From Bdellovibrionota bacterium FG-2 (GTDB taxonomy: Bacteria > Bdellovibrionota > UBA1018), in assembly GCA_051382305.1 (NCBI GenBank), contig JBBCAV010000429.1:1-34035 (forward strand): a stretch of DNA of 34,035 nt, in the 5' to 3' direction. A program made the translations under genes and the position numbers. The notes under the pieces were generated by a model. That model saw only the letters and a program-made list of their open reading frames with translations, made no database searches and was not told the origin of the DNA. Shown here piece after piece: positions 1-10,139 of this stretch. Position 1 is the stretch's first letter, and every line of letters starts with the position of its first letter.

Positions 1-219
1 TAAAATAGCAAACGTAAAGCCCAAAAAGTTCATGAAACAACTTCTCGCTGAGGTTCGGGCACTCATGTACCCAATCCGCCCAGGCAGAAGTTATCCAAGA
101 GTTTCGATGCAACCTATAAAATCCTGGAATCTCAAGAAGTCGGCAAAACTAAGAGCGTTTGCAGCTCAGAGAAAAAATCCGACGGCGGCGAGGTGAACGG
201 GCTTATCCGGCTGCCATTG
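1..219 (+). mobile_element. Right end of an IS4-family insertion sequence (partial)
   Basis: An open frame at 2-196 ends ...YPIRPGRSYPRVS...*, a C-terminal motif typical of IS4-family transposases. It is followed by CTTATCCGGCTGCCATTG (202-219), whose reverse complement CAATGGCAGCCGGATAAG resembles IS4-type terminal IRs. Confidence 0.75.
2..196 (+). CDS. IS4-family transposase, C-terminal fragment (5' end outside window)
   Basis: Manual translation gives KIANVKPKKFMKQLLAEVRALMYPIRPGRSYPRVSMQPIKSWNLKKSAKLRAFAAQRKNPTAAR*. Confidence 0.7.
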   Translation, partial: KIANVKPKKFMKQLLAEVRALMYPIRPGRSYPRVSMQPIKSWNLKKSAKLRAFAAQRKNPTAAR

Positions 220-286
220 TATCTAACCGCTTGCTACGTCAAAAACCTGCCGCTGAAATTATCCCCTCAACACTGAGAGCAGTCCT

Positions 287-295
287 TGATACACT
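287..295 (+). promoter_or_regulatory. Putative extended -10 promoter of the aro operon
   Basis: TGaTACACT lies 9 nt before the aroA ATG. No Shine-Dalgarno sequence is visible. Confidence 0.35.
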
Positions 296-304
296 TAATT
301 CACG

Positions 305-1582
305 ATGATCAAAACTCTCCATCCAGCTGTTCGCTTAAGCGGTAAACCAAAAATTCCGGGGGACAAATCAATTTCCCACCGCGCACTCATCTTTGGCGCA
401 CTTGCACAGGGGCGGACCGAAGTAATCGACCCTCTCGAAAGCGGAGACGTTCATTCTACGGCGAAGTGCTTAGCCGATCTGGGCGTAAAATTCACCCGCG
501 AAGGCAGCAAGATATTTGTAGACGGTATGGGCGCACAGGGGTTTTTCACCCCCACAAGAACCCTGGATTGTGGAAACTCTGGAACCTCAATTCGTTCACT
601 CATGGGCGTCTTAGCAGGATGCGGTGTGACCGCAACACTCACCGGAGACTCCTCTCTTGTGGGACGGCCGATGAAACGAGTGGCAGAGCCACTGCGACTC
701 ATGGGCGCCAAGTTAAGCCTCACGAAAGACGACTACGCTCCGCTTACCGTTGAAGGCACAAAACTTCGCGCGATAGACTATCATCTCAGAATTGCTAGCG
801 CTCAAACTAAAACCGCGATCATGCTGGCCGCTCTTTTTGCCGAAGGGACGACGGTAATCCGCGGAGAAATTCACAGCCGCGACCATACCGAGCGCATGCT
901 TAAGCACTTCGGAGTAACAGTAGATTTATCGCCTACGTCGATTAGCATTAAGGGCGGGCAGAGACTAAAGGCCGCTCGAGTCACAGTCCCTGGAGATCCT
1001 TCGACTGCGGCCTTTTGGATGGCGGCCGCAAGTCTAGTCCCTGGGGCAAAGATTGAAATGGAAAATATTTCACTCAACCCCACCCGCATCGGCTTCATCA
1101 CTGCACTGCAAAAAATGGGTGCAAACATCACCATTCAAATCACGTCTGAAATTCCAGAACCTATTGGCACGGTAACGGTCGTTCCCGGCGCGCTCAGAGG
1201 GGTAAAAATTTCTAGAGAAGAAGTCCCCACCCTCATTGATGAACTCCCGCTGCTCGCCGTACTCGCCAGTCAAGCCACCGGCGTCACGGAAGTTGAAGGA
1301 GCAGAAGAGCTTCGAGTCAAGGAGACGGATCGAATCGAAGCGATGGCCGTAAATCTACGTGCGATGGGAGTCGAAGTCGAAGTACGCAAAGACGGCTTCC
1401 GGATTGAAGGCCCCCAGCTCCTAACGGGGGCATCCATTAACACCTTTCATGATCATCGCATCGCCATGGGTTTCAGCATTGCCTCTTTAGTTGCAAAGGG
1501 AGTGACAACCATACAGGGTGCCGATTGCGTCGGAATCTCATACCCCGATTTTTTTAACACCCTCGAAGAGCTCACCCAATAA
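305..1582 (+). CDS. aroA: 3-phosphoshikimate 1-carboxyvinyltransferase (EPSP synthase)
   Basis: Motifs PGDKSISHRA, LDCGNSGT, SAQTK, SRDHTERML, ELRVKETDRI and DHRIAM are present. Confidence 0.97.
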   Translation: MIKTLHPAVRLSGKPKIPGDKSISHRALIFGALAQGRTEVIDPLESGDVHSTAKCLADLGVKFTREGSKIFVDGMGAQGFFTPTRTLDCGNSGTSIRSLMGVLAGCGVTATLTGDSSLVGRPMKRVAEPLRLMGAKLSLTKDDYAPLTVEGTKLRAIDYHLRIASAQTKTAIMLAALFAEGTTVIRGEIHSRDHTERMLKHFGVTVDLSPTSISIKGGQRLKAARVTVPGDPSTAAFWMAAASLVPGAKIEMENISLNPTRIGFITALQKMGANITIQITSEIPEPIGTVTVVPGALRGVKISREEVPTLIDELPLLAVLASQATGVTEVEGAEELRVKETDRIEAMAVNLRAMGVEVEVRKDGFRIEGPQLLTGASINTFHDHRIAMGFSIASLVAKGVTTIQGADCVGISYPDFFNTLEELTQ

Positions 1583-2970
1583 TGAAAGCAGCGGTCATCG
1601 GCACTCCTGTCTCTCACTCCCTCTCCCCTGTAATATTTAGCTTCTTAGCGAAGCAAGTCGGGATGCCTGATTTTCATTACACCTCGCAGGAAGTTCCGCC
1701 TTCCCAGCTGACATTAACACTCAGTGAAGTGAAGGCTGACCCGCAATATGTCGGCCTCAATGTCACGCTCCCGCACAAACAAGCCATTCTGCAACACCTC
1801 GATCAGCTGGCTCCCGAAGTAAAATGCATTGGTGCCGCGAATGTCGTTCACTGTATTGAAGGGCGAACGATTGGATACAACACCGACGTTTTGGGCGTCA
1901 TTCGCACCCTCGAGGATCATCAATGTGATGTACGAGGCAATTCCGCCCTGATATGGGGCGCCGGCGGAGCCTCCAGAGCCGTGGCTTATGCCTTAGGGAA
2001 ACTAGGCGCCACGACCGTCAACATTTTGAACCGTGACTTCGATCGCGCAAGGATTTTATGTGCGCAAATCGGAGAAACATTCCCGCACGCCCTCTTTGTC
2101 CCCATCCTAGCCCACGACGAGACGCCAAAGATTACGACCCCCCTCTCGCTTTTGGTTAATGCAACTTCGGTAGGCATGAAGACAGACTGGATTTTTCCGA
2201 TAGATAAATTTCCTCTCTTGCCTGGCGCACTAGCCTTTGACCTCGTTTATAATCCCGAAAAAATCCCCTTTTACGCAATGGCCAAAATTAAGGGGCTTCG
2301 CGCCGTCGATGGGTTAGATATGCTGATTTACCAGGCACTTGCTACTTGGGAGATCTGGTTCGGACCTCTAGAACAAGCACAAATACCACAAGAAAGACTA
2401 CGTGATTTTCTATTGAACGGGCGGCAATCACGTCCTTTTTTTCTGACGGGCTTCATGGGAGTTGGAAAGACAAGGATCGGATCTATTCTCGCGAAAAAGC
2501 TAGGCTGGCAGTTCGTCGATACCGATCGACTTATCCAAGAGGAGATAGGTCTCTCAATTCCGGAAATCTTTGAAACCAAGGGAGAAGCCGCGTTCCGAGA
2601 TCTAGAAAAGAGAGCCATCATGAAAGTCGCTTACTGCCAAAAGACGATTATCTCCTTAGGCGGAGGAGCCCTCATGGATCTCGATAACCTGAGTTTGATC
2701 GAAAGGGCAGGTGACCTCATCTACTTAAGCGCAAGTGTCAGCACTTTACTCGAACGCCTTAGTCCGAGAGCAAGTCAGCGCCCGCTTCTCGCTAAGGCCG
2801 ACTCTCCGAACGAGAGTGTCCGCGAAGAAAAAATCCGCGCCCTTCTTGAACTTCGCGAGCCCGTCTACAACCGCGCTCGATTCAAAATTGAAACAGATCA
2901 CAGGGATCCAGAAGGCATCGCGGAGGCCATTTTGAAGCGCGTTGCAAAGGGCCCAAGAGGAAAATCATGA
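1582..2970 (+). CDS. aroE-aroK: Bifunctional shikimate dehydrogenase / shikimate kinase (AroE-AroK fusion)
   Basis: The N-terminal part has AroE motifs (HSLSP, NVTLPHK, GYNTD, GAGGASRA, DLVYNP, GLDMLIYQA). The C-terminal part has AroK motifs (GFMGVGKT, DTD, GEAAFRDLE, SLGGG, RPLL). Both lie in one ORF. Confidence 0.93.
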   Translation: MKAAVIGTPVSHSLSPVIFSFLAKQVGMPDFHYTSQEVPPSQLTLTLSEVKADPQYVGLNVTLPHKQAILQHLDQLAPEVKCIGAANVVHCIEGRTIGYNTDVLGVIRTLEDHQCDVRGNSALIWGAGGASRAVAYALGKLGATTVNILNRDFDRARILCAQIGETFPHALFVPILAHDETPKITTPLSLLVNATSVGMKTDWIFPIDKFPLLPGALAFDLVYNPEKIPFYAMAKIKGLRAVDGLDMLIYQALATWEIWFGPLEQAQIPQERLRDFLLNGRQSRPFFLTGFMGVGKTRIGSILAKKLGWQFVDTDRLIQEEIGLSIPEIFETKGEAAFRDLEKRAIMKVAYCQKTIISLGGGALMDLDNLSLIERAGDLIYLSASVSTLLERLSPRASQRPLLAKADSPNESVREEKIRALLELREPVYNRARFKIETDHRDPEGIAEAILKRVAKGPRGKS

Positions 2971-4070
2971 AGCCCCTAATTGTCAGAGTGCCATTTGCCA
3001 AAAAAGCCGCGCATTCATGTGACATTCGAATTGGTTCGGGAGCAACCCAGTTGCTTGGGCAATGGCTATCGCAATGCCGCTCCAAACGGGCTTTTATTAT
3101 CTCAGACGCAAGATTGACAAACGCGCGCTCAAAAGTTCGCAAAGCGCTTGCTTCGGCAGGATGGGAAACGCACGAAATTCCTGTGACAGCAGGAGAAGCG
3201 TTCAAAGACATTGAGGCGATCTATCCGCTCTACGGCAAATTGCTCAACGCAAAAGCCGATCGCAACGCGACTCTTTTTGCAGTTGGTGGCGGCTCTGTCG
3301 GTGATGCCGCGGGTTTTGTGGCCTCCACTTATTTGCGCGGCATCGATTGGGTAGGCATTCCAACCACGCTCTTGGCACAAGTCGATAGCGCCGTGGGAGG
3401 AAAAACCGGGATCAATCACCGTACGGGAAAAAATCTTATCGGAACTTTCCACCAGCCCAAGCTTGTCATATGCGACACTGATTTTCTATCCACGCTATCG
3501 ACCCGCGAGATTGTCTCCGGCTTGGGTGAAATCATCAAATACGGCATTACCTTTGACCCGAAATTCTTTGCCTTTCTCGAGAGAAACAATGAAGAACTCC
3601 TCGCGCGCGATTCAAGGTTCCTTACCAAATCCATTCGCACTTCTCTCATCTGGAAAGCCAAAAAGGTCGCATTCGATGAATTTGATCGCAAAGGGGTGCG
3701 CGAAGCCCTAAATTTTGGTCATACGTTTGGCCATGCCTTAGAATCTTTTACGAAGTATGAAACCTTCCAACACGGAGAGGCCGTAATTTGGGGGATGCGC
3801 TTTGCGCTGGCGCTCTCAGTGGTACGGGGAAAATTGGACGCTAAGACCTGCGACAAGATTGACTCGTTTTTAGCAACTTTTGCAGTTCCTCCTCTCCCCG
3901 CCAAATTGGGTGCAAAAGAATTGAGTGCGCTCATGGCAATAGATAAGAAAGTGCGGGACGGAAAAATTCATTTCGTACTTTTGAAGGCTCTCGGGCGAAC
4001 AGAGTCCGATAATGGAGTCACAAATCAAGACATCACGAAAGCTCTTTCGCTTTTGAGGGCTTCGTCATGA
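2967..4070 (+). CDS. aroB: 3-dehydroquinate synthase
   Basis: Motifs GGGSVGDAAGF, PTTLLAQVDSAVGGKTGIN, KNLIGTFHQP, LNFGHTFGHALE and HGEAV are present. Confidence 0.97.
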   Translation: MKPLIVRVPFAKKAAHSCDIRIGSGATQLLGQWLSQCRSKRAFIISDARLTNARSKVRKALASAGWETHEIPVTAGEAFKDIEAIYPLYGKLLNAKADRNATLFAVGGGSVGDAAGFVASTYLRGIDWVGIPTTLLAQVDSAVGGKTGINHRTGKNLIGTFHQPKLVICDTDFLSTLSTREIVSGLGEIIKYGITFDPKFFAFLERNNEELLARDSRFLTKSIRTSLIWKAKKVAFDEFDRKGVREALNFGHTFGHALESFTKYETFQHGEAVIWGMRFALALSVVRGKLDAKTCDKIDSFLATFAVPPLPAKLGAKELSALMAIDKKVRDGKIHFVLLKALGRTESDNGVTNQDITKALSLLRASS

Positions 4071-4540
4071 AACATGCTATGAACCTCCTCATCCTCCATG
4101 GTCCAAACCTCAATCTTCTCGGGGAACGAGAACCCGAGATCTATGGTTCTTTAACTCTCCCGCAGCTTAACCGAAAACTTCGCGAGTTTTCCTCTCAGTC
4201 TTCGTTATGGATTCAACTACGAATTCATCAATCCAACAGTGAGGGCGCCCTCATTGATCTTCTTCACAAAAATCGAAAATGGGCTCACGGGATCGTCTTC
4301 AATCCCGGCGCCTACACTCATACCTCCTATGCTCTGAGAGATGCGATTGCGGGAATTCAAGTTCCCACCATCGAAGTGCATCTCAGTGATATTCATAAAC
4401 GTGAAGCTTTCAGGCGCATTTCGCTGATCGCACCCGTCTGCCTAGCGCAGATTTCTGGGTTGGGGTGGAAATCCTATACGCAGGCAATCCAGAAACTCAG
4501 CACTAACTTCCAAGAATTCCAGAAAAAGGGAGCAAAATAG
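4067..4540 (+). CDS. aroQ: Type II 3-dehydroquinate dehydratase
   Basis: Motifs [26 protein letters not shown] and [14 protein letters not shown] are present. Confidence 0.97.
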   Translation: MKHAMNLLILHGPNLNLLGEREPEIYGSLTLPQLNRKLREFSSQSSLWIQLRIHQSNSEGALIDLLHKNRKWAHGIVFNPGAYTHTSYALRDAIAGIQVPTIEVHLSDIHKREAFRRISLIAPVCLAQISGLGWKSYTQAIQKLSTNFQEFQKKGAK

Positions 4541-4542
4541 AA

Positions 4543-5625
4543 ATGGCTGGAAACACGATCGGCAAGCTGTTCCAGGTAACAACCTTCGGTGAATCACATG
4601 GCGAACTCATCGGCGTGGTGATAGACGGGTGCCCTGCGGGGCTCGATTTGGACTTAGCATTCATTCAGGCGGAACTTGGCCGCCGCAGACCTGGCCAATC
4701 TAAAATTACCACACAGCGCAGAGAGCGCGACGAAGTAAGGTTCGTGTCCGGAATCTACGAGGGGAAAACCACTGGCACTCCACTGACAGCTTTAATCAAG
4801 AATGAGGACCAGCGCTCACAAGATTATGCCGATATCGCAAAAACCTTTCGTCCTTCTCATGCGGACTTTACCTATGAAAAGAAATACGGACTTCGAGACC
4901 CTCGTGGCGGAGGACGTTCCTCGGCTCGTGAAACTGCCGCAAGGGTCGTCGCGGGCGCAGTGGCCAAACTTTTTCTCAAGAAACATGGGATTAAGATCGC
5001 CGCTTATGTTTCGCAGGTCGGGTCGATTAGTTTAGACAAGGCCCCCAGTGAGGTGAATCTCAAGGCAATAGAAAAAAGCATCGTGCGGTGCCCGGATCCA
5101 AAGACTGCAAATGAAATGATCTCTTTAATTGAGTCAGTCCGTGCCAGTGGTGACACCATCGGCGGCGTCGTGACCGCCGTAATTAGGGGCTGCCCTATCG
5201 GACTCGGCGAGCCTGCTTTTGACAAACTTCACGCCGATCTTGGCAAAGGCATGCTGAGCATTAACGCCGTCAAGGGGTTTGAGTACGGCTCTGGATTTGC
5301 GGGAGTAGAGATGCGCGGGTCTGAACACAACGATGTCTTCGTGATGACCTCGAAGGGCCGGGCCATAAAAACTTCCACGAATTTCTCAGGCGGCATTCAG
5401 GGCGGAATCAGCAATGGAATGGACATCGAGTTTCGTGTCGCTTTTAAGCCGGTCGCCACGATCATGAAGTCGCAAAAAACCGTGGATAGAAAGGGAAAAG
5501 CTGTCACGATCAAAGGCAAAGGCAGACATGACCCCTGCGTGGTTCCAAGAGCGGTGCCTATCGTTGAAGCAATGGCTGCAATCGTCCTTATCGATCATCT
5601 TTTAAGGAACCGAGCAACAAAATGA
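4543..5625 (+). CDS. aroC: Chorismate synthase
   Basis: Motifs [24 protein letters not shown] and GRHDPCV are present. Confidence 0.98.
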   Translation: MAGNTIGKLFQVTTFGESHGELIGVVIDGCPAGLDLDLAFIQAELGRRRPGQSKITTQRRERDEVRFVSGIYEGKTTGTPLTALIKNEDQRSQDYADIAKTFRPSHADFTYEKKYGLRDPRGGGRSSARETAARVVAGAVAKLFLKKHGIKIAAYVSQVGSISLDKAPSEVNLKAIEKSIVRCPDPKTANEMISLIESVRASGDTIGGVVTAVIRGCPIGLGEPAFDKLHADLGKGMLSINAVKGFEYGSGFAGVEMRGSEHNDVFVMTSKGRAIKTSTNFSGGIQGGISNGMDIEFRVAFKPVATIMKSQKTVDRKGKAVTIKGKGRHDPCVVPRAVPIVEAMAAIVLIDHLLRNRATK

Positions 5626-6452
5626 TTAAGATTGGAATTCAAGGCGTTAAAGCTTCTTTTCATGACGTTGCGGCCCAGAAGTTTTTCGCAACGATCCAAG
5701 AAATCGAATGTCCTTCATTTCGAGATCTCTGCCTCAAGCTTCGGAATCGCGAAGCCGACTATTGCATCATGGCGATTGAAAATTCGATCGCCGGAAGCAT
5801 TCTGCCAAATTACTCACTGCTTGAGACATTTGGCTTCAAAATCATCGGCGAGGTCTATCTTCGAATCGAGATGAATCTCATGGCCCTGCCCGGGCAAAAG
5901 ATCGACGAAATCCGACTTGTCCAATCTCACCCCATGGCTCTACTACAATGCGATGAGTTTCTCTCCGAACACCCTCACATGACAGTCCTCGAAGCCACCG
6001 ACACCGCTGATAGCGCCAAGGACATACGAGATAGGAAACTTCTGGGCACCGCAGCCATTGCGAGCCGGCTTGCCGCTGAAACGTACGGCCTTGAAGTTTT
6101 GGCCGCAGGAATTGAAACGAACAAACAAAACTACACTCGTTTCTTAGTCATTTGTCGCAAAGAGGACTACCGGCCTGCTTCGCTCGCCAACAAATCTTCG
6201 ATCCGCTTTGAAGCCCCCGATCGTCCCGGAAGCCTCGGGCTTGTCTTAGAATGTTTTAGCCAACACTCCACTAATATGACGAAGATCCAGTCGGTCCCTA
6301 TCCTCGGACGGCCTTACGAGTACTCCTTTCATGTCGATCTAGAATGGGATAACTTAACACAGTATAATGTTGCGATGGCTGCAGTTAAGGAACGAGTCAC
6401 CAACCTAATTCAATTCGGCGAATATCCAAAGGGCGTGAGGCCATCGTTATGA
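5622..6452 (+). CDS. pheA: Prephenate dehydratase with ACT domain
   Basis: Motifs [18 protein letters not shown] and NYTRF are present, plus an ACT domain (DRPGSL...NMTKIQSVP). Confidence 0.92.
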   Translation: MIKIGIQGVKASFHDVAAQKFFATIQEIECPSFRDLCLKLRNREADYCIMAIENSIAGSILPNYSLLETFGFKIIGEVYLRIEMNLMALPGQKIDEIRLVQSHPMALLQCDEFLSEHPHMTVLEATDTADSAKDIRDRKLLGTAAIASRLAAETYGLEVLAAGIETNKQNYTRFLVICRKEDYRPASLANKSSIRFEAPDRPGSLGLVLECFSQHSTNMTKIQSVPILGRPYEYSFHVDLEWDNLTQYNVAMAAVKERVTNLIQFGEYPKGVRPSL

Positions 6453-7606
6453 TTATTGCACGCGCAAAACGCTTAGAGCAGGTGAGCGAGTATTACTTTT
6501 CAAAGAAACTTGAAGAGATTCGCCAAATGCGGAGTCAGGGAAAGGACGTCATTAACTTGGGGATAGGCAGTCCTGACCTCGCGCCCTCGTCCTCGACTCT
6601 TACTGCGGCGGCAGAGGCACTACATTCAAGCAAGAATCATGGATATGGCTCCTACCGATCTACCCCAGAACTAAGAGCTGCGATGGCCGAGTTTTATCAC
6701 AAAACCTATGGTGTGGGCCTTAATCCAAACGACGAAATTCTCCCACTTCTTGGCTCCAAAGAGGGTATTTTCTATATCTCGATGGCTTTTCTAGATCCGG
6801 GCGATGGCGTACTGGTTCCTAACCCAGGATATCCCGCCTACTCTGCTATTGCTTCGCTTGTGGGGGCAAAAATCCACACTTATGATCTAACGGCGGAAAA
6901 CGGCTGGCTCCCCGATTTTCAGAAACTAGAAGAAATGAACCTCACGGGATGTAAACTCATGTGGGTGAACTACCCCCATATGCCCACTGGAACACAGGCC
7001 GATAAGAGGGTTTTTGAGAAACTCATCGCATTTGGGAAAAGCAAAGGAATCCTGATTTGCAACGACAACCCCTACAGCCTGGTCCTTAACCCCGAACCCC
7101 CTTTGAGTTTACTGAGCGCAGATCCAAAACTGGAACATTGCTTAGAACTCAATTCTCTGAGCAAGTCATTCAATATGGCGGGCTGGCGGGTCGGCATGGC
7201 TCTCGCTTCACGTGAGATCATTGACGCGATTCTCCAAGTCAAAAGTAATGTGGATTCGGGAATGTTTCAACCCATTCAGACTGGAGCTATTGAAGCGCTT
7301 AAGAATCCAGAAGAATGGCATAGACAAAGAAACGAGATTTACGCCGAACGCAAGAAAGTCGCCTGCAAGATTGTCGAAAGCCTGGGATTGACTTGTGACT
7401 CAAATCAAGTCGGAATGTTTCTTTGGGCAAAAGCATCGCATGAAATTCCGGATGTTGCCCTGTTTTTGGATCGCGTTTTACGAAAGCATCATGTCTTTCT
7501 CACTCCTGGGTTTATCTTTGGCTCCAACGGCGTTCGCTACGTTCGGTGCTCTCTTTGCGCACCCGTGGACCTCCTTGAGGAAGCCCTAAGGCGGGTGAAC
7601 GAATGA
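6449..7606 (+). CDS. PLP-dependent class I/II aminotransferase (probable aromatic amino acid/prephenate aminotransferase)
   Basis: Motifs NLGIGSPD, GSKEG, PNPGYP, NYPHMPTG, DNPY and SLSKSFNMAGWRVG (PLP lysine) are present. The gene lies between pheA and tyrA. Confidence 0.88.
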   Translation: MIIARAKRLEQVSEYYFSKKLEEIRQMRSQGKDVINLGIGSPDLAPSSSTLTAAAEALHSSKNHGYGSYRSTPELRAAMAEFYHKTYGVGLNPNDEILPLLGSKEGIFYISMAFLDPGDGVLVPNPGYPAYSAIASLVGAKIHTYDLTAENGWLPDFQKLEEMNLTGCKLMWVNYPHMPTGTQADKRVFEKLIAFGKSKGILICNDNPYSLVLNPEPPLSLLSADPKLEHCLELNSLSKSFNMAGWRVGMALASREIIDAILQVKSNVDSGMFQPIQTGAIEALKNPEEWHRQRNEIYAERKKVACKIVESLGLTCDSNQVGMFLWAKASHEIPDVALFLDRVLRKHHVFLTPGFIFGSNGVRYVRCSLCAPVDLLEEALRRVNE

Positions 7607-8511
7607 AACTTACCGTAATTGGTCTAGGATTGATTGGCGGCTCCGTAGCCATAGATCTACGCCGGAGCGGTTTCGTAGGAGAAGTTGTGGGAGTGGATTC
7701 TAACGAGGCCCACCGTGCACAGGCACTTGAAATGAAAATCGTAGATGAGTGCCTGCCCCTTGATCGCGCATTGAAAGGCGCGCAACTCGTTGTGCTTGCT
7801 GTACCCGTTCACGCAATCGCCGCGATTCTTCCGGGTCTCCTCGATCTCGTTCCCGCAGACTGTACGGTGACCGACATGGGCTCCACAAAAGAGGGCATCT
7901 GTAAATCGGTCGCCACTCATCCAAAGCGAGGGCAATTCGTTCCTTCTCACCCGATGGCCGGAACTGAAAATTCGGGCCCGGGTGCCGCGCTTCGTGGACT
8001 CTTTCTAGGCAAAGTGGCTGTAATATGTGATGTGGCCGCAAGCGATAGGCTTCACCTTCAGCGCGTCGAGAAGATGTACGAGATCCTAGGCATGAGACTC
8101 TTACGCATGGATTCCTCTGAACACGATCTCCATGCCGCTTACGTTTCTCATCTCTCGCACATTACCTCCTTTGTTCTGGCAAACACGGTTCTTGCGAAAG
8201 AACAGAACGTCAATACAATCTTCGACCTTGCAGGCGGTGGATTCGAGTCAACGGTTCGTCTCGCCAAAAGCTCGCCCGAAATGTGGGAGCCCATCTTCGA
8301 GCAAAATCGCGAGAACATCATCCATGCTCTTGAGTCCTATATTGAGCATTTTCAAAATTTCCATCGCACTTTGGTGGAGCACGCTCCCGCTGAAACCCGA
8401 CAACTCATGGCGGACGCAAACCGGATTAGGCGCGTCCTAAATCAAATCAATACTCCAACACAAATAAAGCCAGAGGACCCAAGCAATGAAAGCGCTTCGA
8501 AGACGAATTGA
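7603..8511 (+). CDS. tyrA: Prephenate dehydrogenase
   Basis: Motifs GLGLIGGS, DMGSTK, HPMAGTE, HD...SHLSH and GFESTVRLAKSSPEMW are present. Confidence 0.95.
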   Translation: MKLTVIGLGLIGGSVAIDLRRSGFVGEVVGVDSNEAHRAQALEMKIVDECLPLDRALKGAQLVVLAVPVHAIAAILPGLLDLVPADCTVTDMGSTKEGICKSVATHPKRGQFVPSHPMAGTENSGPGAALRGLFLGKVAVICDVAASDRLHLQRVEKMYEILGMRLLRMDSSEHDLHAAYVSHLSHITSFVLANTVLAKEQNVNTIFDLAGGGFESTVRLAKSSPEMWEPIFEQNRENIIHALESYIEHFQNFHRTLVEHAPAETRQLMADANRIRRVLNQINTPTQIKPEDPSNESASKTN

Positions 8512-8776
8512 CGAGTGCGATCGTACCTTACTCAAGATCCTTGCCACGCGCTTTCGGGCGGCCAGAAAGGTGGGACTTTATAAACTATCACACGACCTCC
8601 CAGTTCTTCAAAAGTCTCGATGGGCTGAGATAATGGAGGCCCGTCTTAAACTCGCCAAGCGCCTGAGTTTAGATGAAGATTTCACTACGGCCATTTTCGG
8701 TTTAATCCACAAAGAATCCCTCAAGATCCAAAAAGAAGAACAACGCGCGAAAAAAGGAAAGAAGACGAGATCATGA
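8486..8776 (+). CDS. Stand-alone AroQ-class chorismate mutase
   Basis: Matches the CM_2 pattern LRRRIDECD...R...VGLYK...VLQKSRW...IHKESLKIQ. Confidence 0.9.
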   Translation: MKALRRRIDECDRTLLKILATRFRAARKVGLYKLSHDLPVLQKSRWAEIMEARLKLAKRLSLDEDFTTAIFGLIHKESLKIQKEEQRAKKGKKTRS

Positions 8777-10134
8777 AAAGTACCAAATGGACTCCAGGAA
8801 GTTGGCGAAAAAGACCCCAGAATCAGATTCCAGTATATGCGGATCCCGCAAAACTAGCGGCGGTGGAGGCGACGCTCGCGGGTTATCCGCCTCTTGTTTT
8901 TGCGGGCGAAGCTCGGCAACTCAAAGCTCGACTCGCACAGGTGGCGGCTGGAAAAGCGTTTCTACTCCAGGGAGGGGATTGTGCGGAGAGTTTTGGGGAT
9001 TTTCGCGCGAATTCCATTCGCGATAATTTTCGGATTCTACTTCAAATGGCCGTCGTACTGACGTTTGGCACTAAACTCCCCGTCGTTAAAGTGGGGCGCG
9101 TGGCAGGGCAGTTTGCAAAGCCACGGTCCAACGATCTCGAAACTCGCAATGGAGTTACACTCCCTTCTTTCCGAGGTGATGTCATCAATGGATTTGATTT
9201 CACCGAAGCCTCTCGCATACCGCAACCCGAGCGCATGGAGCGCGCCTACGTTCAGGCCGCCTCAACCCTCAACCTGCTACGCGCCTTCGCCCAAGGGGGA
9301 TACGCAGATCTTCATCACGTCCACTCCTGGAACTTAAACTTCGTAAAAAACAGCGCTGAAAATGCTCACTACGAGCAGATTGCCAAACGCTTGGACGAGA
9401 CGCTTGCCTTCATGGCGTCTATTGGGATTACGAGCGAAAACACCCCACAAATTCGTGAATCTGAGTTTTACACCTCTCATGAGGCGTTACTTTTACACTA
9501 TGAGCAGGCGCTCACGCGCCAAGATAGTACGACGGCCCGCCCTGGGGAAGGTTATGAAGGAGATTACTACGATTGCGCTGCCCATATGCTTTGGATAGGG
9601 GAGCGAACCCGACGGTTCGATGGGGCGCACGTCGAGTTTCTTCGTGGCGTAAAGAATCCCATCGGCCTAAAGTGCGGACCCGAAATGACAGATGAGGATC
9701 TCATTCGCCTCATCGACATACTTAACCCCGAAAACCAGCCGGGCCGCCTGACACTGATTTCTCGAATGGGCTTTGACAAAGTTGAATCCAAAGTACCCCC
9801 ACTTATTCGCCGGGTTCAGAAAGAGGGCCGTTCGGTTGTTTGGTGTTGCGACCCGATGCACGGGAACACTGTTACCACGCAAAATGGGTATAAAACCCGC
9901 CATTTTAGCCGCATCCTGGGCGAAGTGCAAAAATTCTCAGCCATTCATCGGGCCGAGGGAAGTTACGCTGGAGGTGTGCACTTTGAACTTACAGGCCGTG
10001 ACGTGGTGGAATGCTTAGGCGGCGATCAAGCCCTAACCGAAACTCATCTTGCACAGGGCCTCTATGAGACTTTGTGCGACCCGCGACTCAACGCTACTCA
10101 GGCGCTTGAACTTGCCTTCCAACTGTGTAAATAG
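8773..10134 (+). CDS. Class II DAHP synthase
   Basis: Motifs [45 protein letters not shown] and CDPRLN are present. Confidence 0.97.
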   Translation: MKSTKWTPGSWRKRPQNQIPVYADPAKLAAVEATLAGYPPLVFAGEARQLKARLAQVAAGKAFLLQGGDCAESFGDFRANSIRDNFRILLQMAVVLTFGTKLPVVKVGRVAGQFAKPRSNDLETRNGVTLPSFRGDVINGFDFTEASRIPQPERMERAYVQAASTLNLLRAFAQGGYADLHHVHSWNLNFVKNSAENAHYEQIAKRLDETLAFMASIGITSENTPQIRESEFYTSHEALLLHYEQALTRQDSTTARPGEGYEGDYYDCAAHMLWIGERTRRFDGAHVEFLRGVKNPIGLKCGPEMTDEDLIRLIDILNPENQPGRLTLISRMGFDKVESKVPPLIRRVQKEGRSVVWCCDPMHGNTVTTQNGYKTRHFSRILGEVQKFSAIHRAEGSYAGGVHFELTGRDVVECLGGDQALTETHLAQGLYETLCDPRLNATQALELAFQLCK

Positions 10135-10139
10135 ACCCT

